A DNA stretch of 64,000 bases, from contig JAZROX010000027.1 of assembly GCA_045648945.1 (NCBI GenBank), positions 8,898 to 72,897 of the forward strand, read 5' to 3'. This document shows positions 54,727 to 62,307 of the stretch, in pieces (within the stretch, counting starts at the first letter, position 1; every line of letters starts with the position of its first letter). The position numbers were made by a program, and so were the translations under genes. A model generated the notes under the pieces. That model was not told where the DNA came from. It saw only the letters and a program-made list of their open reading frames with translations, and searched no databases. The stretch is from Candidatus Enterousia sp. (lineage in GTDB: Bacteria > Pseudomonadota > Alphaproteobacteria > Rs-D84).

Positions 54727-54773
54727 AAATGCCCAAATGGGCATTTTTGAATCCTGGGGCGGATGACCGGATT
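54727..54773 (-). repeat. 47-bp duplicate of the tRNA-His 3' end plus its downstream hairpin
   Basis: AAATGCCCAAATGGGCATTTTTGAATCCTGGGGCGGATGACCGGATT matches 54897-54943 at 46/47 positions. Confidence 0.85.
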
Positions 54774-54923
54774 GCACATCCCAACACTTCGTGTCGGGGC
54801 CCTTCCACTCGTAAGACTCGAACTTCATTTCATTCGTTCTCGTCAACTATCGTGTCGAACCTCCGGTTCTCATCCGATCCATCCAGAGAATTCACAAATG
54901 CCCAAACGGGCATTTTTGAATCC

Positions 54924-55001
54924 TGGGGCGGATGACCGGATTCGAACCGGCGACATTCGGTACCACAAACCGACGCTCTAACCAGCTGAGCTACATCCGC
55001 C
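54924..55001 (-). tRNA. tRNA-His (anticodon GTG) with encoded G-1 and CCA
   Basis: The minus strand reads G-GCGGATG..TCGGT-TTGTGGT-ACCGA..GCCGG-TTCGAAT-CCGGT-CATCCGC-C-CCA. Confidence 0.9.
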
Positions 55002-55063
55002 ATGTGCAAACGGCAGTTTATCATCAAAATATTCGATTTTCAAGTTTTTTATATTGAAAATAA

Positions 55064-55090
55064 AAACACCGCCAGTCGGCGATGTTTTTG
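55064..55090 (-). terminator. Terminator after mscL
   Basis: The minus strand reads AAAAACATCGCC-GAC-TGGCGGTGTTTTT. Confidence 0.6.
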
Positions 55091-55106
55091 TATAGTGGTA
55101 AAATTA

Positions 55107-55634
55107 TTATTTCTTTAACTTTACGATTTTTTTCAATTTTTTGATACCCTTGTTCAAATCGCTTTCTTCTGCGGGTTTGACTTCGCCGGCCTTTAATGCA
55201 GAACAGCAATGTGGACATTTTGTCGCCGTGATATCAACCGTTTGTTTGCAATACGGGCATGTCGTTGTCGTAACCGCCTGTTTCGATTTCATTTTGTTCA
55301 CCGTGCGAACAATCAAGAACGCCGCGAACATTGTGATAATGAAACTGATTACCGTGTTCAAGAATATGCCCAAATTCAATGTTGTGGCGCCTGCGGCCTG
55401 GGCCTCGGCAATGGTATTAAATGTTTGACCGTTGCCACCCGCCAACACAAAGAACCATTGTGAAAAATCAACACCACCAACCAATAACCCAATCGGAGGC
55501 ATAATAACATCTTTGACCAACGAATTAACAACACTGGTCATCACAGAACCGACGATGATACCAATCGCCATGTCGATTGCGCTGCCGCGTTCTGCAAAAG
55601 CGCGAAATTCTTTGAAAAAATTACTTTTTGCCAT
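55107..55634 (-). CDS. mscL: Large-conductance mechanosensitive channel MscL with a C-terminal CxxC..CxxC extension
   Basis: FKEFRAFAERGSAIDMAIGIIVGSVMTSVVNSLVKDVIMPPIG is the MscL signature. The tail contains CPYC...CPHC. Confidence 0.9.
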   Translation of the reverse strand: MAKSNFFKEFRAFAERGSAIDMAIGIIVGSVMTSVVNSLVKDVIMPPIGLLVGGVDFSQWFFVLAGGNGQTFNTIAEAQAAGATTLNLGIFLNTVISFIITMFAAFLIVRTVNKMKSKQAVTTTTCPYCKQTVDITATKCPHCCSALKAGEVKPAEESDLNKGIKKLKKIVKLKK

Positions 55635-56202
55635 TTTTTGTTCCTTTTGTTTTCAAATGTTGTTCCAATGCATCGATAACCTTGGCCAAAGTTTTTCGAA
55701 GGTTTTCGTCAAACGTTTCCACGGTTATGTCCGCCAATGCATATGTGTTATACCGTTCCGCAATCAATTGGGCAAGGATTTTTTTACTGTCATTGTGCAA
55801 CAATTGCGGGCGCGTATCGCGAAACCGGGTTCGTTTTACCAACAAATCCAAATCCGCCTTTAACCATATGCTGACCGCCTGGGCCAAGACTTTGTCCCGA
55901 ACCGCGGGCGTTATGAACGCGCCTTCGCCGGTGGATAAAACCTTGGGCACGGGCGGCGTATCCAACAGACGCGATACGACCTGTTGTTCGACGCGTCTGA
56001 ATTCCTTTTCCCCGTAAAGCGAGAATATATCGACAACACTGCAACCGGCGGCGCGTTCGATTTCTTTGTCCGAATCGACAAATGGCACGCCCAGGTGGTG
56101 CGCCAACGCGCGACCAACACTGGTTTTGCCGGCGCCCATAAGCCCAACCATAACAATCGGCCGGTCCAATTTAATCACAGATTCTTTTTTCATGCCGAAC
56201 AT
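55621..56202 (-). CDS. aroK: Shikimate kinase
   Basis: VMVGLMGAGKTSVGRALAHHLGVPFVDSDKEIE. Start ambiguous (56202, 56193 or 56229). Confidence 0.85.
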   Translation of the reverse strand: MFGMKKESVIKLDRPIVMVGLMGAGKTSVGRALAHHLGVPFVDSDKEIERAAGCSVVDIFSLYGEKEFRRVEQQVVSRLLDTPPVPKVLSTGEGAFITPAVRDKVLAQAVSIWLKADLDLLVKRTRFRDTRPQLLHNDSKKILAQLIAERYNTYALADITVETFDENLRKTLAKVIDALEQHLKTKGTKNGKK

Positions 56203-56304
56203 TCTAGATAAAAAATTATATTTGCACAATAAAAACTTTTCAAAAGGCGTCGTTATGTGATATGATTATAGTATCAAGGCAAAAAACAACAGGAGGGAGA
56301 GCCT

Positions 56305-57360
56305 ATGAAACCGGGATATTTGACATTTGGTTTAATCACCACTTTTTGCGGCGGCGCAATGGCGGCTGATTTGGGATACAGCGCGAACGGAATTGCCGCA
56401 CATAACATTATGGCGATGCAGCACATGATTGCGAATCGTGCCGTCGTATTGCCAACACATGCCAATGCGGCGCCCATATCGCAAAAATCTGTAAAAGACG
56501 AAGATACAAATGATGCGTACGGCGAAATGATTTACTATGGCGAATATGGTGATGACACGGGGATTTTGCCATTGGTTGGTCGCAACGGCGGTGATTCGGC
56601 GGGCACGTATATTGGCGCCGATTGGCAACACATAGACGAAAATGTAAAATTCAAATCTTATTCGCACATGGACGCCACTATGGATTTGGGGATGATTGAA
56701 CTTGGTGATAAATATGATACACCGCACCATCGAATAATGGGATTCAAATTCTTTGGTGGATATGTTGGTGGCGACATCAAAAACGATGAAGTACGTATCA
56801 AACAAAACGGCGGATTTGTCGGCGCATTGGCGCATCAAAGCATCGGAAACCTGAACGTCAATGCGGTTGCAGATTTTGGATTGATGACCAACGATGTTCG
56901 TCATTTGCCCACTGCGGATAATTTTACCAATATATGGTTCGCATTGAATATGGATGTGGCATATGATTTAGTAATTGCCGACGTGGCCACACTGCGCCCG
57001 AATGTTCGCGGTGAATATATGTGGATATTTTCACCCAACTATGAGGCGGGAAATGGCGAAGATATCAACAACAAAAATTTCAATATGTTTGAATTGACGC
57101 CGGCGATTGATTTGGAAATATCGGTCGGTGACGGTTGGAACATCGGCGCACGTGGTGCATATGTTATGAACTTTGTTCATGGCGGCCGGACATATGTGGA
57201 TTATACACCGATATCAAAGCTAGAAACCAAAGACTATTTTGAATACGGAATTAAAATTGAAAGATCGATTGGCGATTTAGATTTCGGATTGAACGCCGGT
57301 CGTCATGACGGCGGACGCCGTGGTTGGTTCGGTGGCGTGAATATTAAATATTTGTTTTAA
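56305..57360 (+). CDS. Outer-membrane beta-barrel protein
   Basis: SD GGAGGGAG. Signal peptide ..FCGGAMA. Alternating hydrophobic pattern. C-terminal ..GGVNIKYLF (terminal Phe). Confidence 0.7.
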   Translation: MKPGYLTFGLITTFCGGAMAADLGYSANGIAAHNIMAMQHMIANRAVVLPTHANAAPISQKSVKDEDTNDAYGEMIYYGEYGDDTGILPLVGRNGGDSAGTYIGADWQHIDENVKFKSYSHMDATMDLGMIELGDKYDTPHHRIMGFKFFGGYVGGDIKNDEVRIKQNGGFVGALAHQSIGNLNVNAVADFGLMTNDVRHLPTADNFTNIWFALNMDVAYDLVIADVATLRPNVRGEYMWIFSPNYEAGNGEDINNKNFNMFELTPAIDLEISVGDGWNIGARGAYVMNFVHGGRTYVDYTPISKLETKDYFEYGIKIERSIGDLDFGLNAGRHDGGRRGWFGGVNIKYLF

Positions 57361-57373
57361 TAGTTAGCGTAAT

Positions 57374-57637
57374 TTAGCATGGGCGCGATTTTACCACGCC
57401 CATTGTTTTATGTTTTTTTGTGGCAATTTGGCGTTTCAATTCGGCAATCTCTTGATTGCGGTCATCAATAGCGCGACGCAAACGTGGTATTTCGCCATCC
57501 ACGGACCAAAACAGAGGCATATAATACCGCGATATAAAATATATACATTCATTCATATCCGCCAATGTCGGTTTATAGTTCGGATGCGTTTGCAAAAATT
57601 TATTCATCGCACGTGCAAAAGTCATTTTCTCCGGCAT
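57374..57637 (-). CDS. Small hypothetical protein (87 aa)
   Basis: ATG at 57637 after TGGAG. C-terminal coiled-coil-like RRAIDDRNQEIAELKRQIATKK. Confidence 0.5.
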   Translation of the reverse strand: MPEKMTFARAMNKFLQTHPNYKPTLADMNECIYFISRYYMPLFWSVDGEIPRLRRAIDDRNQEIAELKRQIATKKHKTMGVVKSRPC

Positions 57638-57660
57638 TTTTAACTCCATTTGTTTCAAAT

Positions 57661-57691
57661 AAAAAACCACCAGAAAAAATTTCGAGTGGTT
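57661..57691 (-). terminator. Intrinsic terminator / possible attenuator 20 nt upstream of the 57637 start codon
   Basis: The minus strand reads AACCACTCGAAA-TTT-TTTCTGGTGGTT (7 bp + mismatch + 4 bp stem) followed by TTTTATTTG. Confidence 0.5.
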
Positions 57692-57692
57692 G

Positions 57693-57815
57693 GAGTTCAG
57701 AAAACGACACCAGGTATCGCATGCTTATTCAATATATTCGCATACTCCAACCTGTTGGTTGGCGTTTACCTGGTGTTAGGGTTTTCTGAGACCCGCCGAC
57801 GGAATACCCGCCAGT
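57693..57815 (-). ncRNA. Structured leader or small RNA between the putative promoter and the terminator
   Basis: Long imperfect stem: CAGAAAAC/GTTTTCTG and ACACCAGGT/ACCTGGTGT (57698-57715 with 57768-57788). Internal hairpin CCAACC-TGTT-GGTTGG (57747-57762). No match to a riboswitch, SRP or 6S motif that I recognise. Confidence 0.35.
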
Positions 57816-57821
57816 AATTTA

Positions 57822-57849
57822 ATCATATCAAAAAATTATATAAATACAA
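57822..57849 (-). promoter_or_regulatory. Putative sigma-70 promoter
   Basis: The minus strand reads TTGTAT - 16 nt - TATGAT, immediately after the hup terminator. Confidence 0.35.
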
Positions 57850-57861
57850 GAAGTTTTATAC

Positions 57862-57926
57862 AAAAAACACCGCCCAGGTGCCACCCACAAATTTTTTCAA
57901 TTTTGTGGGGCCCGACCTGGGCGGTG
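57862..57926 (-). terminator. hup terminator formed by a nested CCACCCACAAA palindrome
   Basis: ACACCGCCCAGGT-GCCACCCACAAA-TTTTTTCAA-TTTTGTGGGGC-CCGACCTGGGCGGTGT, followed on the minus strand by T6. Confidence 0.7.
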
Positions 57927-57947
57927 TAAATGCAATCAAACCATAGT

Positions 57948-58220
57948 TTAATTCAAAGCATCTTTCAAAGCTTTGCCAGGTTTAAATTTCGGCTGAGTAG
58001 AAGCCGGAATTTTGATGGCAGCACCCGTTTGCGGGTTGCGGCCTGTGGTGGCTTTACGCTTTGCGGTTGTGAATGTACCAAAACCGACCAAACGAACGTC
58101 GCCTTTCTTTTTCAGAACTTTGGTGACAGTGTTGATAAATGCATCCAAGCAAGCAGCAGCTGTTGCTTTGGTTACATCTACTTCGTTTGCGATTGCTTCA
58201 ATCAATTGTTGTTTGTTCAT
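57948..58220 (-). CDS. hup: DNA-binding protein HU
   Basis: MNKQQLIEAIANEVDVTKATAAACLDAFINTVTKVLKKKGDVRLVGFGTFTTAKRKATTGRNPQTG.. Confidence 0.95.
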   Translation of the reverse strand: MNKQQLIEAIANEVDVTKATAAACLDAFINTVTKVLKKKGDVRLVGFGTFTTAKRKATTGRNPQTGAAIKIPASTQPKFKPGKALKDALN

Positions 58221-58427
58221 TTATTTCTCCTTTCATAAATTTATTTAAGGTATCCCAGCATCACACGGCAATGCCCACAAAAACCATATTTCACGCCCAA
58301 TTCAACAAATCACGCTGCCGAATCAAACCATTTCTGTGGGCATTGCCTGTGTTGCCTGACCGAATCGTAGAGAATTCCGCCATTTATGTCAAGATGTATT
58401 TATAAAATTCGAAATTTTTTTATTTTT

Positions 58428-58907
58428 CTATTTTGCGTGAACCAGGTCGCTGCGCACGATTTCCGCGCCCGGCGACGTATTTTCACACAAAACATAATCA
58501 CCCGTACGACCCGTCACGGTCACGGCACGATAGCGATTCGGTGTATTAAAAATCATCAACATTATTATACCGGCCCAAAATAATAACTTGGTAAATCCCC
58601 ATGGTTTTGAAAACGCATCTTTATTAAACGAGTCTTTCAAAAGGTTTTGATACAGCGCCCAACCCCACATAAACGCCAAAACAATCGTTGCGAAAAAGAA
58701 TCCTATTAAAATATAACGCGCAAAAAATGAGAAACCGGATGCAATTGAATTCCAAAAACCGCTTGCCGCCGGACATATAAAAAGCGCGCGACCACGTATA
58801 TCCGCCGGCAACTGAATCGGTGGCGAACCGTCCAACGAAAAATCGAACGACGCCATCAATATAATGACGGTCAGAAAAATTATAGCAAAAAGCATCGGCT
58901 TTTTCAT
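58428..58907 (-). CDS. Membrane protein of unknown function
   Basis: ATG at 58907 after AAGGTGGG. 4 hydrophobic segments. Confidence 0.6.
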   Translation of the reverse strand: MKKPMLFAIIFLTVIILMASFDFSLDGSPPIQLPADIRGRALFICPAASGFWNSIASGFSFFARYILIGFFFATIVLAFMWGWALYQNLLKDSFNKDAFSKPWGFTKLLFWAGIIMLMIFNTPNRYRAVTVTGRTGDYVLCENTSPGAEIVRSDLVHAK

Positions 58908-58991
58908 GCTGTTTGTCCCACCTTGTGTTACCATTATATCACAAATAACTAACCAATTGCAATTTTTCTAAGTTTTATTTACAATTTAATT

Positions 58992-59801
58992 ATGTTCAAG
59001 ACCAAACCGCATATTATTGTCGCCATTACTACGTTCGATTCTGACGCGCTGCGCGTGTCTTTGCCGCCGATGCGTCGATTGCACCAAAAATTTAGCATGG
59101 TGATTCATAATGACAATCCGGGAACACGTCTTACGCGATGGAAATTATATGGAATACGACCGCGCGGCAAATTGTACATTATAAATTCAGAGCAAAATGT
59201 CGGCGAATTTGAATCGCGCATAAGAATCATTGAATATATTCGCGACAAAAAAATTCCATGCGATTGGATTATATTCGTTGACGATGATGATGTGTTAATC
59301 GATACGGACGCGGCGAATGTTGATAAAAATATTTTCGCAATTGTCCAGGATGTAACAACCCTTACTGAATCAATAACCGACATATTCAAAATATCGCCTA
59401 CGTGGACACATGATGCACCAATTGGAAAAACTGGGCCACGATTTGATATTACCGGAACGATGATTCGCGCGCACGCCTTGTTTGAATTTGTTGACTTTAT
59501 GCGGACAATTGTGGGCGACACAAATGAATTATTGGCACACACGAAATATCGCATGCCTATTTCGACACTGATGTGGGCGGGGTTGTGTACGTTCATGCAT
59601 GTACGCCATCCGGAAATGTCACCCATATATATGAACAGGGCAAATTATGTTGCAATCAAGATGGGGCGTGGCACAACCAAGTACGATAAAATTATTCCAA
59701 ACACACCGGCGGCCCATCGGGCGGTTTCTGATACAATTAAAAAGTTTACAAAATTGGTAGAAGTGGCCGCAACGCAAAATATGGTTGCGGAAAATCAATA
59801 A
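58992..59801 (+). CDS. Hypothetical protein (possibly glycosyltransferase-like)
   Basis: 269-aa ORF. IVAITTFDS...VIHNDNP and IIFVDDDDVL loosely resemble GT-A motifs. This is weak. Confidence 0.5.
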   Translation: MFKTKPHIIVAITTFDSDALRVSLPPMRRLHQKFSMVIHNDNPGTRLTRWKLYGIRPRGKLYIINSEQNVGEFESRIRIIEYIRDKKIPCDWIIFVDDDDVLIDTDAANVDKNIFAIVQDVTTLTESITDIFKISPTWTHDAPIGKTGPRFDITGTMIRAHALFEFVDFMRTIVGDTNELLAHTKYRMPISTLMWAGLCTFMHVRHPEMSPIYMNRANYVAIKMGRGTTKYDKIIPNTPAAHRAVSDTIKKFTKLVEVAATQNMVAENQ

Positions 59802-59839
59802 AGTTCTATAATCTGCACGAATTAAAAAAGGACAAGACC

Positions 59840-61915
59840 ATGACATATGACAATATCCGTAAATTATTTTTGAATTATTTTGAATCGCACGGGCATAAGA
59901 TTGTTCCGTCTGCATCACTGATACCGAACGACCCGACATTGCTGTTCACCGTTGCGGGAATGGTGCCGTGGAAGAATATATTTTTGGGTACCGAGAACCC
60001 GCCTGCGCCACGCGTTGCCGATGTTCAAAAATGCATTCGCGCGGGTGGCAAACACAATGATTTAGAAGACGTTGGTTTTGATGGACGTCATCATACGTTC
60101 TTTGAAATGTTGGGGAATTGGTCTTTTGGCGATTATTTCAAGGCGGGCGCAATAGAAATGTCGTGGGATTTATTGACCAATGTTATCGGCATTGACCCGG
60201 CTAAACTTGTTGTGACCGCACACGAATCTGATGACGAAGCCGCCGAAATTTGGCGCAAGGTTGCCGGCAAAGAGGCAATTCGTTTGGGCAAAGATAATTG
60301 GTGGTCGGCCGGCGACACCGGTCCGTGCGGCCCATGCAGTGAAATTTTCTATGATTTTGGCGAAAATGTTCCGGGCGGATTGCCGGGAACACCGGACGAA
60401 GACGGTGGCCGGTATGTCGAAATCTGGAACGACGTGTTTATGCAATATGACCGCGATGCGAATGGAAACCTGACGCCATTGCCGAAACAAAATGTCGATA
60501 CGGGTGCGGGACTGGAACGTTGGGCGGCGATGTTGCAGGGCAAAATTGACAACTATGATACGGACTTATTTGTGAACTTGAAACGCGCGGTGTCCGATGT
60601 TACGGGCGTGGGCGAGACATCCGAAAACCGAACCAGTTTCAAGGTTATCACGGATCACCTGCGTTCGGTTGGATTCGCAATCGCGGACGGCGTGATTCCG
60701 TCGAACAGCGATCGCGGCTATGTGATTCGCAGAATCTTGCGCCGGGCGATGCGGCACGGGCAAATGTTGGGGCACAACGGTGCGTTGCTATCGAAACTGT
60801 ATCCGGCGTTGGTGGAACAGATGGGTGCGGCGTATCCAGAACTGGGCAAAAACGCGGCGCACGTTGTGGAAATTATTACAAATGAAGAAAATTCTTTTGC
60901 CGACATGTTGAACAACGGCATGAAATTGTTAGATGGCGAGTTGCCAAAAATTCACGGCAATGTGTTACCGGGCACCGTTGCATTTAAACTGTTTGACACG
61001 TATGGATTCCCGTTGGATTTAACACAAATGATTCTGCGTGATAAAAACATTGACGTTGATGTCACCGGGTTCGAGGCCGAGATGGCGGCGCAAAAGGAAC
61101 GCAGTCGCGCAAACACCCGCGGGACAAAAATATTCTGGGAATCGCGCGGCGATTTGCCGGCCACGGTGGACGCGACGAAATACGCACCGGATGAAAAATT
61201 GGAATCAAAGGTGTTGGCGATACTGCGTGACGGCGAATTTATCGATTCGGCCAACACCGGGGACGAGGTTGAAATCGCATTGGACAAAACGAATTTCTAT
61301 GGCACCCAGGGTGGCCAGGTCGGCGACATGGGCGAGATAAAAATCGGCGACACGGTCGCGCTGAATGTGAGTGAGGCGGCGCGTTCGGGCGGTGTGGTTC
61401 TGCATCGTGGTGTGGTCACGGCCAAGATTTCCGTTGGCGACACCGTGCGCACCGTTGTGAACATGCAAAATCGTGCGGCGACGGCGCGTGCGCATACCGC
61501 GACGCATTTGTTGCAATCGGCGTTGCGGCGCGTTTTGAATACGGACGTAGAACAGCGCGGTTCGCGCGTCGCGCCGGATTCTGTGCGATTCGATTTTTCG
61601 TTCGGGCGCGCGATGACGGAAGACGAGAAAATCGCTGTGGAAAATTTGGTGAACGAATGGATTGCCGCGGACATGCCGGTCGCACACGAAGAAATGCCGA
61701 TTACGGATGCAAAAAAACGCGGGGCGATGGCATTGTTTGGTGAAAAGTATGGCGATGTTGTTCGCGTTATAACGGCGGGCGATGTGTCGTGCGAACTGTG
61801 TGGTGGAACGCATATAGACCATACAGGTAAAATTATCCACGCCAAGATAAATAAAGAAAAGTCAATCAGCAGCGGTATTCGTCGTATAACGATGTCCGTT
61901 GGGGCGCTGGCCTAG
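59840..61915 (+). CDS. alaS: Alanine--tRNA ligase lacking the C-terminal C-Ala/DHHA1 region
   Basis: 691 aa. Class II catalytic core (FTVAGMVPWK, HHTFFEMLGNWSFGDYFK), editing domain HTATHLLQSAL..CGGTH. It ends ..GIRRITMSVGALA, whereas E. coli AlaRS continues ~170 aa further. Confidence 0.9.
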   Translation: MTYDNIRKLFLNYFESHGHKIVPSASLIPNDPTLLFTVAGMVPWKNIFLGTENPPAPRVADVQKCIRAGGKHNDLEDVGFDGRHHTFFEMLGNWSFGDYFKAGAIEMSWDLLTNVIGIDPAKLVVTAHESDDEAAEIWRKVAGKEAIRLGKDNWWSAGDTGPCGPCSEIFYDFGENVPGGLPGTPDEDGGRYVEIWNDVFMQYDRDANGNLTPLPKQNVDTGAGLERWAAMLQGKIDNYDTDLFVNLKRAVSDVTGVGETSENRTSFKVITDHLRSVGFAIADGVIPSNSDRGYVIRRILRRAMRHGQMLGHNGALLSKLYPALVEQMGAAYPELGKNAAHVVEIITNEENSFADMLNNGMKLLDGELPKIHGNVLPGTVAFKLFDTYGFPLDLTQMILRDKNIDVDVTGFEAEMAAQKERSRANTRGTKIFWESRGDLPATVDATKYAPDEKLESKVLAILRDGEFIDSANTGDEVEIALDKTNFYGTQGGQVGDMGEIKIGDTVALNVSEAARSGGVVLHRGVVTAKISVGDTVRTVVNMQNRAATARAHTATHLLQSALRRVLNTDVEQRGSRVAPDSVRFDFSFGRAMTEDEKIAVENLVNEWIAADMPVAHEEMPITDAKKRGAMALFGEKYGDVVRVITAGDVSCELCGGTHIDHTGKIIHAKINKEKSISSGIRRITMSVGALA

Positions 61916-61964
61916 TCCCCTTCACACTGTGAAGGGGGAACCAACGAATGTTGGTGGGGTAGAC
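61915..61964 (+). repeat. Composite hairpin element, copy E5 (plus orientation); its first base is the G of the alaS TAG stop
   Basis: GTCCCCTTCACACTGTGAAGGGGG, then AACCAACGAATGTTGGT, then GGGGTAGAC, followed by only a 6-codon ORF. Confidence 0.75.
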
Positions 61965-62024
61965 ATGGAAACAAATTCCAGATAATTTTTTTATCCGCAC
62001 GCTTCACATGCTCTAAATTGTCAT

Positions 62025-62081
62025 GGCGGGCAAGGACCACCCACAAAAAACTTTGTTTTTTGTGGGGCCCGGCGGTCCGCC
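62025..62081. repeat. CCACCCACAAA nested palindrome, second copy
   Basis: GGCGGGCAAGGACCACCCACAAAAAACTTTGTTTTTTGTGGGGCCCGGCGGTCCGCC; compare 57867-57926. Confidence 0.7.
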
Positions 62082-62248
62082 ATAGGGTCTATAAAATTTA
62101 TGCCGTGGTATTCGGAATAAATATGAATACTCCGGCCACCCCTATTGCGGGTCGGGGCCCGCAATGACAATTCTTTTTTTAAAGTATGTTTTTTCATTAC
62201 GAAATTGTTCAGAACCGGGATGACGAATAATTGATGTTTATTTTTAGC

Positions 62249-62278
62249 TTGCATTAAAATTGCGAATTGTGATAGAAT
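62249..62278 (+). promoter_or_regulatory. Putative promoter with an extended -10
   Basis: TTGCAT - 18 nt - (TGa)TAGAAT, about 30 nt upstream of the TTG start. Confidence 0.4.
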
Positions 62279-62307
62279 TTCCGTAAAGGAATCAAAGGGG
62301 GAATTTC

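Noticed and set aside
57693-57815. Identification of the structured RNA as SRP (4.5S) or 6S RNA.
   Set aside because: There is no GGAAG..AGCAGCC helix-8 motif and no 6S-like central bubble with paired termini. It is kept only as an unassigned leader/sRNA candidate.
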